Assembly (NCBI RefSeq): GCF_001194135.2
Contig: NC_068988.1
Span: forward strand, 96,436,884-96,500,883
Length of the DNA: 64,000 nucleotides
Reading direction: 5' to 3'
From: Octopus bimaculoides
Lineage: Eukaryota
Shown: one piece after another, positions 27,702 to 41,085 of the stretch
Layout of the letters: every line of letters starts with the position of its first letter
Position numbering within the stretch: the stretch's first letter is position 1
Program-made: the position numbers and the translations under genes
Notes under the pieces: model-generated
What the model was told of the DNA's origin: nothing
Seen by the model: the letters and a program-made list of their open reading frames with translations, nothing else
Databases searched by the model: none

Positions 27702-27733
<32 letters not shown>

Positions 27734-27866
27734 CGCACACACACACACACACACACACAACGCATAAACGCGCTCACCCATACGCTTACACAGGCACGCA
27801 AACTCACACACATTAATGTATACACGCACATGCAGTGAAAATTCTGTTCCGATATCTATCTATCTA

Positions 27867-27925
<59 letters not shown>

Positions 27926-28206
27926 GTGAGTTTGATGTATGTGTAAGTACATTTATACGTATGCCCACATACAGACACACACACACATTTATGCAAAGAA
28001 AGGATCAAAACAAGGGAGACAACAAAAATCCAGTTAACAAACAATTTGCAAAAGTGAGTCTCTGCTAGAACAAAAAAAAACCAAAAAAACAAAAAAACAA
28101 AACAAAACAAAACAAAAAACAACATACAACGACAACAACAGCACCAACACCAGCAACAGCAAGAGCAGTAACAACATCGTCATCATCATCATCATCATCG
28201 TCGTCG

Positions 28207-28248
<42 letters not shown>

Positions 28249-28448
28249 GCAACAGCAGCAGCAGCAGCAGCAATAACAACAAAAACAAAAGCTAACATAG
28301 CAACNNNNNNNNNNNNNNNNNNNNNNNNNNNNAAAAAAACAAAACAAAACAAAACAAAAAACAACATACAACGACAACAACAGCACCAACACCAGCAACA
28401 GCAAGAGCAGTAACAACATCGTCATCATCATCATCATCATCGTCGTCG

Positions 28449-28490
<42 letters not shown>

Positions 28491-29183
28491 GCAACAGCAG
28501 CAGCAGCAGCAGCAATAACAACAAAAACAAAAGCTAACATAGCAACGAGATGTGTAATAACGTATATTCTGACATCATAATAGTTGGGTCTAAAATCTAA
28601 ATTATGCTACATCAATGCATGACCTTTTGTGCCGGTCTGTGGATTGTTGTTCCTTTGAAGGCTGAAGGGTCAAATGATGGGGGGTCTGCTTGGATAAAGA
28701 GGCACGTGATGAAATGTTGTTGATTATCTTTTCTTGTAAAAAGTATTAATAATGAATTGTGTAAACGGCAGGACACATCGCTAAACAAACATTATAAATG
28801 CGTAACCAATTGATAAAACAATGACTTTAATTTAGTATTGATGGAGCATTTAAAGGGTCAGCGCTTATTCCTATTTTCAATGACATGAAGCGCGTCCATG
28901 CATACACACACACACACATACACACACACATACATATATACATATGCACACACATACATAAATACATATATTTATGTAAGATACAGATAAGGAAATAATT
29001 TTATTCTCAAACGCAGGATAATGCTAATAATATAGCATGAACAGGATAAACTATCTATATATTGCAGAAAAATCTGTCGGCAGCCAGCTATGAAACTCGA
29101 ATCCATGCGATTACGCGTCAAGTACTTTACCATTAAGCTAAACTGTCCCAACGAAATTCTTCTGCAAATTTAGGATATATATC

Positions 29184-29228
<45 letters not shown>

Positions 29229-29748
29229 NNNNNNNNNNNNNNNNNNNNNNNNNNNNNNNNNNNNNNNNNNNNNNNNNNNNNNNNNNNNNNNNNNNNNNNN
29301 NNNNNNNNNNNNNNNNNNNNNNNNNNNNNNNNNNNNNNNNNNNNNNNNNNNNNNNNNNNNNNNNNNNNNNNNNNNNNNNNNNNNNNNNNNNNNNNNNNNN
29401 NNNNNNNNNNNNNNNNNNNNNNNNNNNNNNNNNNNNNNNNNNNNNNNNNNNNNNNNNNNNNNNNNNNNNNNNNNNNNNNNNNNNNNNNNNNNNNNNNNNN
29501 NNNNNNNNNNNNNNNNNNNNNNNNNNNNNNNNNNNNNNNNNNNNNNNNNNNNNNNNNNNNNNNNNNNNNNNNNNNNNNNNNNNNNNNNNNNNNNNNNNNN
29601 NNNNNNNNNNNNNNNNNNNNNNNNNNNNNNNNNNNNNNNNNNNNNNNNNNNNNNNNNNNNNNNNNNNNNNNNNNNNNNNNNNNNNNNNNNNNNNNNNNNN
29701 NNNNNNNNNNNNNNNNNNNNNNNNNNNNNNNNNNNNNNNNNNNNNNNN

Positions 29749-29784
<36 letters not shown>

Positions 29785-31205
29785 AACACACACACATGCA
29801 CTCAAGCACGTACAAACACACATATGCCCTGACAAATCAAGACAAACAAAACGCATAAAACGCCTGACATTGGACGTCTGACGTTACTCACACCAATGCA
29901 CAAACAACCCGGATGTCACATAAATACCCGGACATTTTACTCTTCACAAAAAGAAACTCGCGCATCGCTACACGCACACTCACGCACACACACACACACA
30001 CACACACTCTCTCTCTCTCTCTCACACAGGTACACACAAGCGCACATACGTACACAAGCTACTCGTGACTAACGCATTCGCCTAATATGCCACCCACACA
30101 AACTAAAATGCTCTTAATTGCCTTTCTGTACTTATATAAACATAATTGCTTATATTAAGAATATAAGCAATATTTTCTTCTAAATTGTGTACAAAGGCAG
30201 ACAGACTGTTTAAGGAGAGGTTTTAGTCGATTTTAAGCGATCCTCTTACATTACTGGTCGTTTATTTTATCGCCGGAGAGATAGGCTTTCTTTTATAGAA
30301 ATTGTAATTATCGACGACGGAGAGCAAGTCCACTCCATAAGATGCGTGCCCCCCCCTCTTTATGGAGTCATTTTCGCTTTTTTTTTTTGAAAAATACTGC
30401 TTATCCTTTTCGGGTTCCGCTTGATATCGATTGTTTCCACCTGTTATGACTAAGACAGGGAGTTATTTGATCTTGGCCACGGGAATAAGACAATCCCCCC
30501 CCACGATTCCACAGTTGTTCCCTGTGTTGCCTTACGTAACAAACCCCAGCCATTTGCGGTTAGTTTGAGTCTTTCAAATCTTCTTAGCAGTAACCCCTTA
30601 AATAGTTTTTATTGTCACAGTCATAAGACCTGGTTTTTCACGTTTACCCGTCCAGCCTTTCGCTTAATATTCTCTATAGAGAATATGACTATGGCTGTTT
30701 TTCTTTCCGTAATCCGGGGTCATGACCCCTAATATCCATGGNNNNNNNNNNNNNNNNNNNNNNNNNNNNNNNNNNNNNNNNNNNNNNNNNNNNTTCTTAG
30801 CAGTAACCCCTTAAATAGTTTTTATTGTCACATTCATAAGACCTGGTTTTTCACGTTTACCCGTCCAGCCTTTCGCTTAATATTCTCTATAGAGAATATG
30901 ACTATGGCTGTTTTTCTTTCCGTAATCCGGGGTCATGACCCCTAATATCCATGGTGACTCGCACTGAAAGTTACGACCTACTTATATTTTGCTGTAACTA
31001 GTGACTACGATTCAAAGACTTGACCTCATGACCGATGACCCTTGATGATGACTTTTGCATTTCTGCTTCCCAGGCCACCATATCTCATATATTTTACCTT
31101 GCATTTTCGCTCTGGTATGCAGTGTGGGGGTAGATAAAAGTATAGCATTAATTATGAAGAGGGGGTCTAAATATCAAATCCGATAGGATTAAACATCACA
31201 AACTG

Positions 31206-31307
31206 ATATTCTTTTCTACTCTAGGCACAACGCCCGAAATTTTTGTGGAGGGGGGGTCAGTCGATTAGATCGAGACCAGTACGCAACTGGTACTTAATTT
31301 ATCAGCC
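31206..31307 (-). mobile_element. SINE family S1, 3' half
   Basis: ttcttttctactctaggcacaa...gtcgattagatcgagaccagtacgcaactggtacttaatttatc. Confidence 0.82.
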
Positions 31308-32031
31308 CATATACTATGGAAAGCACTCTCCATCTAAAATGGAATAAATGTGAGGATAATTCTAGCACGCATAGCAAAACAAAAGTGTCCTTGCTACTCT
31401 TGGCCTCCGGAGGATGCCCGGTACTAAGGCAGCTAAAATAAAGTTATAATGAAAAGAAATGATAATAATAATAATAATAATTATTATTATTATTAGTATT
31501 ATAATGATGATGATGATGATGATGATCTCTTTATTAACCACATTAAGAAAAAACATTATGGACAGAACAGGACAAAACAAAGAATGTGTGTGTGTGTCTT
31601 GTTGTTGTGAGGGTTTTGTGTGTAAACAAGACCAACAAAATTTAAAAAATAAACAATGTGTGATCTTCAATAGGGAGGAGACGTTCGAGGGCTGCTCGTG
31701 GAATGACCCCATAAAAAACATGGGTACCCTGACTTTTGGGGCAGCTGCTTTTTTCTTTCCTTTTTTTTCCAACTACAGGCGTATGCTTATGGCAGGCCCC
31801 TTCACTCAACCCCACTTTCATCCACCTCTCAGCAAACTGGCCAGAAGACAGCACTTCCCTCTCTTTCATTTTCCTTTTCAAGTGAAATTTGAAGAAGTTG
31901 ATCAGGGATTGGCCGAAGAGAAAAGTGTTTGTCTTCAGCCCCTTCAATCTTGTCACCATACAGCCTCTTTCGCCACGGCCACTAGGCATATAAACGCAGC
32001 TTTTCTTTCTCGGTTAAAGGAAGGCGGTGGC

Positions 32032-32137
<106 letters not shown>

Positions 32138-34704
32138 GACAAAGTAGACGAAGAAGAAGCAGAAAAAGAGGAAAAAATGAAGAAAAATAACTTGTATTGT
32201 GTAAAACTATTGTGCATGCACACATAATATAACGCAAATTGTTTTGTACTTATACTATTTTATAATTTTGCAAAAGTAAAAACAAAAACCGCATCGCAAA
32301 GACAGCCTGCTGACATATTTGGGGTACGGCTAGTCATACATTATACCATTACAGTGGCTGTTGTCCAAAAGGGAAAAGCTACTTGTTTAGGTCATGATGT
32401 CACAGTGTAAACGACTTGAAAATAAATGACAGCTTTTGGACTATTGATAAGAATATGGTTAGTAGAAGTGGGCACTTAGCGTTTTGCTCTGTACCTTCAA
32501 CCATCTCTCACTTCTTCCTCAGTCTTTGAAAGGTCTTCGTTTTAATAAGAGATTCTAGTGTCATGTTTGGTGCGAAGGGAACGTAACTGAAGTGCTTAGG
32601 AAGATGTTTTGGTTATAGTTCCAGTTCACAGTCGAGGTTGCACTTAGGTCATCTCTTTGATGTCAAAACGCACACGCACGCACGCACACACACACACACA
32701 CAGACACACGTTTATATACATACAGGCATACGCATATATGCATGTATATATGTATATATGCATGTATCTCTCTCCTCCTTTCTACATATATACACGTATA
32801 CATGCATATATATATTTATACGTGTGTGTATATAATTATGTAAACATAAGTATATATTATATTATATATTTATTACTAGTGCATTAGATATCGTTTTTGT
32901 AGAAATTGATACAACGAATATACATTTCGTCGTGATATTATAAGAACGTGCTTATGATTTTTATATTCCCCTTCTTGAGAAGGGTGGTTCAACTTGACTA
33001 GTTTCTAGTCTTATTAGAATTTCATCAGAGAAAGAAACAGATATTCTGTCCACAGGAACCTCATTACTTTCTAGCCTTTTATAATGTATACAATCTGAGA
33101 CAAAAGTAAACTAGTCTATCTAATTTGTATAACGATAGTGGATCCACTTTATTTACGCTGCAAAGAGAATGGAAGGTCTACGAAATATATACTTTATGAT
33201 AAAAATCATACATATATGCACACATTCAACCATGCACACACGTACACATCACACACGCACACACGTACACAGCACACATGCACATATTCATATCGGTAAT
33301 TTATACTACCATAGGTATACCAAATAAATTGGTTTCACGTAAGAAGGTCTGACTAGGGATCTTAGCGCCCCACAACATTCTGCTTGGTAGGTTTTTCAGG
33401 CCTTGTTCAAAGCACAAGCTTGAAAGATGATTAATATCGGAGAAAGGGAGAAAAGATGAGAAAAGTTTTTTAAAAAACCGAGTCTAAGCTCATTCTGTGA
33501 TGAAGGAGAAGAAATGTGAGAATCCATGGAAACGCGAGAGAAAAAATTGGATCAAACATTAAAGAAGGCAATGAGTGGATTGGACTCTGAGCGAAGATAT
33601 TGTTTTAGCATGAAATGCCATCTGTTCCTTAAAGCCGCTACTTAGCAGGGTCTTGTTCTTATCTTACAGGGTGACCGTAAAATGTCTTTTGAAGAGAATA
33701 GAATGGAAGTCCTGTGGTTAGTCCTGTTGAAAATGAGGTTTCTAAAAATCGCATGAGTGAGGGGAATGTTTGTTTATATATCTCAAGCTTTCGTTACGGT
33801 TTTCAGGTATAGTGATGCAGCCAGGAAATCTGCCTGAATTAAACTAATATCTGAATTATTTTGAGGCCACAACTATTAAAGGATGCAATTAGGTGGCCAT
33901 CGGACTGGTGTAAAACCGTTATGTGGTCGACTCGGCATAAATCAATGCTGTGGTTGGGGAGTCTGTGCTTCGTGAGTCCTAGTTCCCTCACGTCATCCCC
34001 ATACGTCATCGAGGCGTTGAACAGAGATTATCTGCTTTAGCCTTTTGCTCATAGACCTCACTGCGCTTGCCGAAGTACTGATAAAAGAAGCAAACACACA
34101 CACAAAAAAAGTACGATAGAGTACAGTGGTTGGCGCCAAAAACTTAAATTGCTAAGATAATGGCGAATGGAAGCCATGCCGTTTATTCAAATCCTTTGGC
34201 GCTGGCTTCACTTAATCTCTACTTGCCGTTGGTTATTATTATCGCCATTGAAAGTCGACTGATTACCTCGATATATTTTATAAGTGGATCAGATTTCGTT
34301 AAATTCTAAAGAAATGGAACGTCGAATGAATTTTCAAAGATATTCTAATATTTCAAATAATTAAGATCCCCTTTTGGCAGCCAGTAATGTTTTAAACTGG
34401 AACATGCACCCGTGTCTATATTGATGGAGGTGGGGTAGATTTATTTTATTTTAGCCAAGTTAAGGATTTAATTTACATATGGCGTCTTGAGTTTTCTCTT
34501 GGAAAATTTAATTAAATTTCGTTGTATTTATATCACATTTGTAGTGGAACCCCTAAAAAGGTCATAGGGACTGCATTTCTTCCCCCTACAAAGTCATGAA
34601 GAGAGAAAATTTTAGAAAGGAATATTTGATACTTTATGTATGAATTAGATATAAGTGGATTTTGAAATATGAGGCTAATTAGGTAAGAGATATCTGGATG
34701 AAAT

Positions 34705-34804
<100 letters not shown>

Positions 34805-35424
34805 CACACACACATATGTGTGTGTGTGTGTGTAATTATCTTTATACGTATGTATGCATATATGTATATGTGTATGAAAGTACGCACATGTGTGCGTGTG
34901 TGTATATGTGTGTGAGTTTCATATACACACAAGTTTATATAGACACCAGTTTGTGTTTATCAGCTCCCGCTGAAACTACTTGGTGGGAAGCAGAAGGACA
35001 TATAGAATTGAACATAAATTATAAATAATTTCTGTGAAAATTTTTATAAAAATATTTGCTATAAGAATCTCTGTGACAGGCATCTAAAAGCCACAAACAT
35101 GTCAGTATCATAAATAAATAAATAAATAAACAAATAAGTAAATAAAAAAAAAAATGAACAAAATGTCTTTATACATTTAACTACATATCGTTGCCCCTGA
35201 GTTTGATTGCTACCATGCAAGATTCTAACAATAGGAAAATATATTTGGAGTTTGCTAACAGTCAATTTTCATCTCCTGCGATCGTACTTTTCAAACATGG
35301 GCCGTATTTTTGCTGCAACTGGGCAGAAAATTGGAGATGGAAATGCTGTCCATTAAATTTATTTGGGGTAAATTGCGAGGCCCCCAAATATTATGGCGAT
35401 TCACATATCCAAGTGTGTTTCAAT

Positions 35425-35726
35425 GCCCTCTAACACTCGATATGTGGTTTATGTCTACGATGTCTCATGTTTTGTGAACTTGACAATTTTTTATTAGCGT
35501 TTCGATTTGGTCTTCATCAGTGACTGTCTGGGCGTTTAAAGCATTCCTGATCAAAGTCCTCATTCCAAAATCTAGCGAACCACGCACGAACAGTCCTCTT
35601 AGCTATGGTACCATCTCCGTAAACTGAACATGTCTTTTTTGCGTTGCATACAGAGTATTTTTCTTGCTGGAAATAACGGAGCATCAAATGACAGAAATGT
35701 ATCTCATTTTTCTCCACTTTCATCAT
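35425..35726 (-). pseudogene. mariner transposase N-terminal fragment (Mos1/SETMAR-type HTH)
   Basis: Minus-strand ORF MMKVEKNEIHFCHLMLRYF...KKTCSVYGDGTIAKRTVRAWFARF..EDFD...RP, continuing after a frameshift as VTDEDQIETLIKN..H.T*DI..I.HIS. This matches the mariner N-terminal HTH / GRP / second-HTH pattern. No catalytic domain present. Confidence 0.88.
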
Positions 35727-36130
35727 TTTAACGCAAAAAAAGCAGAAGAAATAAACTATTCATACAGTAATCGTATTGAAAGATGTGTTGAAATGTCACC
35801 ATTTAGGGGACACACACACAACTCTGTGCACGCACGTGTATAGGTGTGTGTGAGTGTGCGTACGTGCTTGTGTTTGCGTATGTGTGTGCATGTGTGTTCT
35901 GCATTAAAATTAAAATTTTTACTTAGTTCCCCTTTCATTGTAACTCTCACAGACGCTCCACAACACTTTTCATGTTTCATTCTTATTTTACGAAAAGAGG
36001 AAAGACGACAATTTATTTTATTATTTTTCTTTTTGTTCAAGTCTCATTTTGAGTCATACGTGCATCTACATGCGAAAGATTCGCCGATAAATATCAGTGT
36101 TGTTTCAGGATAAACAGATGAAACTGGACG

Positions 36131-36221
<91 letters not shown>

Positions 36222-36524
36222 ACACACAGACACACACAGAGACACACACATACACACACACATACAGATATATGTGTATTTTTGCATATATTCAAAACTC
36301 ACAAGCTTAAACATGTGCACATACATACATACACATATACACACACACTCACACACATATATAATAACAATATATATGCGTGGGTGTATATACAAAGACG
36401 TACAAATTTAAAGATGCATTACTGCATAAAAATAAATATTCATATATCATATATCAGCTCATATGTATATCTATAAATACTTATGTTTATACGCACACAC
36501 ACATATCTATACATATATACAAAT

Positions 36525-36557
<33 letters not shown>

Positions 36558-36566
36558 GGGCATATG

Positions 36567-36630
<64 letters not shown>

Positions 36631-37461
36631 TAGATAGATAGATAGATAGATATAACCGTATTTCCTATTTTTTTCATATATTTGATGCAATACCGAATAC
36701 TTTGCAGTGAGATCTTTTAAGAATCACTTTTTAATTCCATCTTATTATCGAGCTGTATAAGACTTCAAAAATAGGATTTTTTTTTATTGCGATTTATGTT
36801 ATAAATACTTACAAAGTTTCCAATAAGATTATGTTTCTTCCTGTTGGGAATATACAGGAGAATAAAATAAAAGATTAATAATATAAAATGTATCAAATAT
36901 TAAATCTAATAAGAGTAAGAAAATATTATAATTACTGATAGTTGTATGTAAAACGTTGGCTGTAAAACCGTATGCAGTTTACGGTTTGAAACGATGTTGC
37001 TATGCATATATATATATATATATATATATATANNNNNNNNNNNNNNNNNNNNNNNNNNNNNNNNNNNNNNNNNNNNNNNNNNNNNNNNNNNNNNNNNNNN
37101 NNNNNNNNNNNNNNNNNNNNNNNNNNNNNNNNNNNNNNNNNNNNNNNNNNNNNNNNNNNNNNNNNNNNNNNNNNNNNNNNNNNNNNNNNNNNNNNNNNNN
37201 NNNNNNNNNNNNNNNNNNNNNNNNNNNNNNNNNNNNNNNNNNNNNNNNNNNNNNNNNNNNNNNNNNNNNNNNNNNNNNNNNNNNNNNNNNNNNNNNNNNN
37301 NNNNNNNNNNNNNNNNNNNNNNNNNNNNNNNNNNNNNNNNNNNNNNNNNNNNNNNNNNNNNNNNNNNNNNNNNNNNNNNNNNNNNNNNNNNNNNNNNNNN
37401 NNNNNNNNNNNNNNNNNNNNNNNNNNNNNNNNNNNNNNNNNNNNNNNNNNNNNNNNNNNNN

Positions 37462-37503
<42 letters not shown>

Positions 37504-37919
37504 GATGAATTATACACTTACACAGTGTTTATTATTACGGTCATTTATGCGCTGAAGTCTCTGTAAACCTCTGCCTGACATGTTTCTGCTGCATAGATGT
37601 CTTGCTATGTGGTGTTCATATTATCATCCCTCTCCAATCACTGTATAATATATATTTTACAGTTAAGAAAGTAAATTTCGAACGCAGTAAAGCTGTAAGA
37701 AGCTGTAAGGGAGTAGAGCCTGTACCCCGTAGCCAACTGTTGGCGGCAAATGGTTTTGTGTTTTATAAGGGTAGGTACACAATCTTTCCCTGCATTCGAA
37801 ATCTACTTTCCTATTTGTAAAACAGCAACACATTCGACACTTCCAAAAGTTCGTTTATATAATGCTGTCGCATTGGAAAAGCTATAATTTAGCATTAAAA
37901 TGGACGGTAATTATTGTCA

Positions 37920-37990
37920 GGTGACGTTTAGCGTAATGGCTAGAGCACTCAGTCAATATCTGAGACTTACAAGTTCGACTCCCGTAGCTA
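37920..37990 (+). pseudogene. tRNA-like sequence (decayed tRNA or SINE head)
   Basis: A-box-like TAGCGTAATGG, perfect 5-bp/7-nt anticodon-like hairpin CTCAG-TCAATAT-CTGAG, B box GTTCGACTCC. T and acceptor stems are poorly paired. Confidence 0.45.
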
Positions 37991-38498
37991 CATCAAGAAA
38001 AGGAAGTCCTCAGAGGACATCAACTGAAATTGAACAAAATTCTTGAAGATAGACAGACCGATGCTGTGAGTTTCAACAGCACCACGAGTCAACCATATAT
38101 CGCCGTGTCCTACACAGTCAACCTTGCATCCCTGTGCTAACTATTCTGTCAACTCGCCGCCGTGGAAGCAGTAAATATTATTGATACTTATTTTAGATGA
38201 AGCATTCTGTTGAACTGTTGAAAGATAGAGTCGACACCAACAAAGTTTTAATTCACAATTATACAAGGAGAAACCTTAACAATTTCAATGTTCACTTAGT
38301 GTCTGCTACTTCATAACTTTCCTCTTATCTAGTTGGAACAAATGACACATATTTGTTGGGTAAGGATATTGCCTATGGAGTAGAACCATTATGTATATCT
38401 TCAATTATTTATTGACCAGCAAGGTATCTGAATACAGAACTAAAAAAATCAACATCTGATACATTCACTTTTATATTTAAGAGATGAGGAATTATGTA

Positions 38499-38767
38499 CA
38501 TTATTTACATTATTTACATTTGACGGATATTTGTTCTCATCTTGTTTGTTGTCAACACAACGTTTCGGCTGATATACCCTCCAGCCTTCATCAGCTAATA
38601 CACTATAACCGTTATAACATCGAAAAATACCTTAGGAATGAGAACTCTGGTTCGAAATTTCCCCAAGACACCTGATGAAGGCTGGAGTGTATATCAGCCG
38701 AAACGTTGTGTTAACAACAAATAAGATGAGGACAAATATCCGTCAAATGTAAATAATGTAAATAATG
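38499..38767. mobile_element. Penelope-like inverted arrangement of the hammerhead-bearing element (96-bp inverted arms)
   Basis: 38499-38594 is the reverse complement of 38672-38767 with 4 mismatches. Both arms carry CTGATGA...GAAAC and end in TGTAAATAA repeats. Confidence 0.8.
38667..38712 (+). ncRNA. Minimal type-I hammerhead ribozyme motif
   Basis: GACAC (stem I) - CUGAUGA - A - GGCUG/loop/CAGCC (stem II) - GAAA - C - GUU (NUH) - GUGUU (stem I'). AACGUU palindrome at stem III. Confidence 0.7.
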
Positions 38768-38779
38768 AACTGACACATT

Positions 38780-39360
38780 AGCCACAATATGTTTGCCAGT
38801 CCTGTGAAAAACAATAGCCATATCTGCATCAAACCATACCCAATCGGATTTTATGGAAGAAAACATATATTCTATAACATGTAACCGTTCAACACAAAAT
38901 TGCTTTGTAAAGAAATGTCGTTCTGGTCTGAAATATCTTTGATAAGAGGTCTTCTTCATCGACAAAGAGTCGACCTTTAGATAAACCATAACAACACAAC
39001 CTCAACTCTTTCTCCAAAATATATCAAATATATTCGGGAGGCTGGAATGAACTCATCTCTACGACTAATGATACATAGTTCGAAGAGGTGTTTACGAGGA
39101 AAGAATTCTGCAATACCTTAGATCTGAAGATGTTTATAAATATTGAAATAAACATAATTGAGAAAGTTTCAAAGAATATATTGCTAGTGTCGAAAGAGGG
39201 ACTCTTTGCCCCTATTATTTCCGTTTGTTTGGATAGACACACTTTGGGATGATATTCGAGAAGGTCACAACTATTTCGCTCGTTGGCAGCCATTTTGATG
39301 GTCACCGAGTACAAAACTAGATTCGATGATGTTCTTGGATCAATTGTTATTGCTATATTT
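38780..39360 (-). mobile_element. Decayed LINE endonuclease remnant (RTE-like)
   Basis: VLGD followed by a frameshift into IKMAANERNSCDLLEY (39263-39252). Paralogous to TIKFAA...ENLLEY of the 59.4-kb remnant, with synonymous codon differences. Confidence 0.45.
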
Positions 39361-39410
39361 ATTAAACTAGATAAGTAGAGATGTGGTACAGCAGAAATCG
39401 GTTAGTGAAG

Positions 39411-39485
<75 letters not shown>

Positions 39486-40559
39486 GAGAGAGTAAGAGAG
39501 AGTGAGAGAGAGAGAATAAAACAATTTTCTTGTTTCTTGTCTCTTTATTGTTATCTTCTTCTTCTTCTTCTTCTTCTTCTTCTTCTTCTTCTTCTTCTTC
39601 TTGTTTGTTGCTGCTATTATTTGTGTAAATTAGAAACACATGGCTGTAAATCACGTCTGCACGCAGCGGGACCGATCACTGTCATACTCTAGGTTTCTGG
39701 ATGCATCAACCAGCCACCCACCCCATTCCCTTCCCTATAACAGTATCTTCTGTCTCCGCTCGTATATTTTATTTCAGATAAACCGAACACAAACTTTTAA
39801 ATTAGATAAATTACCGTTTGTACATGTTCGTGTTTCGAAGTGTGTTGGCATACATACACACACACACATACATGCATACAAACAGACACTCACATATACA
39901 CATATATATGCATGTATGTATGCGTATATCTATTTGTCAATGTGGTTGAGTATTTCAATGTCTAATATGCTTAGTTGTGTGTGTATCGCTATGAGTTACT
40001 TTGAAGTATCTGCTGTGTCTGTACATATATCGCTGAGTATGTCATTGTATGCATGTGTGACGAAACATATACGTGTGTGTGTGTGTGTGTGTGTGTTTTG
40101 GCCTATTATTTTTGCAGTATCGGGAGAACAATAGAATTCGCTTGAAGTCTCACAAATTTTGGTGATCTAAAATCATTCTCTACAAATACTTTAAAGCTTT
40201 ATTTTTCACCGTGAGAGAATTCCATTGAAAAATAAAACGAAAAACTCACATACTTATCATGCTAAACAATTATGGCTAGAATAACGCTTCTCGCTCCCAA
40301 TTATATTTGACACTGAAACGAGCGTTTGAACTGTAAACCTTCAGGGGTGGGGGCTTTATGCAAACAAGGAAACAGAAGCTATGTGAATTTAATGAAGGTT
40401 ATAAAACTTGTCAACCAATAAATAAATGCAAGCATGACAAGACTATGATATGCTGACGATGTTCAATAAACCCGAAACATGTCCATAGTTGTCTGCAAAC
40501 AAAACATCAGACGATCAGACTAAAAGGTAGCCAATTCAGGTTTGAGGGAACTTCATTCT

Positions 40560-41000
40560 TAATTCCTTAAAATTATTATTTTCTCTCTTCTTTGAAAGTC
40601 GCTGAAGATTCTGCATCATTTTCTGAATTAAGAGTAAGTTTGTAATTAATTCAGACGTTTTGCAGACATCATTTCTTTGCCTTTTTATCCAAATTCATAC
40701 CATTTGTTCCCTTTAATTGTTTCCTGTAGCTCATTATATCTGTCAAGTAAATTAAGTATATTGGCTAACAAATTTTTGTAGCTAATTTTCTATAAAGCTG
40801 TTCAACTGATTAATGCAGGTCTAATAAGGCTAAAATTTATCTATAGTCGTCTTTTGTCTGGAATAAACTGATTTTGGGGAATTAAATCTTAAAACCATTT
40901 CTCCTTTCTTGTTTGTTTCCAACGACCAAATAAGATATTTTCAATAAACTGATACATTTTCATGCATACGTCATTCAGAGCATTAGTCTTTAACTTGTTT
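40560..41000 (-). mobile_element. Probable old LINE linker remnant
   Basis: About 145 codons in one frame with scattered stops: MKMYQFIENILFGRWKQTRKEKWF*D (cf. LG..K...K.WFD of RTE linkers). Confidence 0.33.
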
Positions 41001-41085
41001 TGTTAATCTGTGATTAGTCTACAGTTACTGGATTGTTATTCAATCAATTAAATACATTTCACGTTACAATGTGAGTGCAAGTGAA

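Noticed and set aside
28034-28540. Poly-D, poly-M and poly-L ORFs
   Set aside because: Compound trinucleotide microsatellite, duplicated across a gap; no coding evidence.
35495-35523. Apparent minus-strand hammerhead CUGAUGA-AGA-ccaaa-UC-GAAAC
   Set aside because: It is mariner coding sequence (ACT GAT GAA GAC CAA ATC GAA ACG = TDEDQIET after the GRP motif). Stem II is only 2 bp and the triplet GCU is not NUH. This shows such motifs can arise by chance.
38711-38989. DWVWFDAD resembling a glycosyltransferase DxD motif
   Set aside because: It lies within a stop-riddled LINE-like remnant and the ORF runs into the HHR element; single short match.
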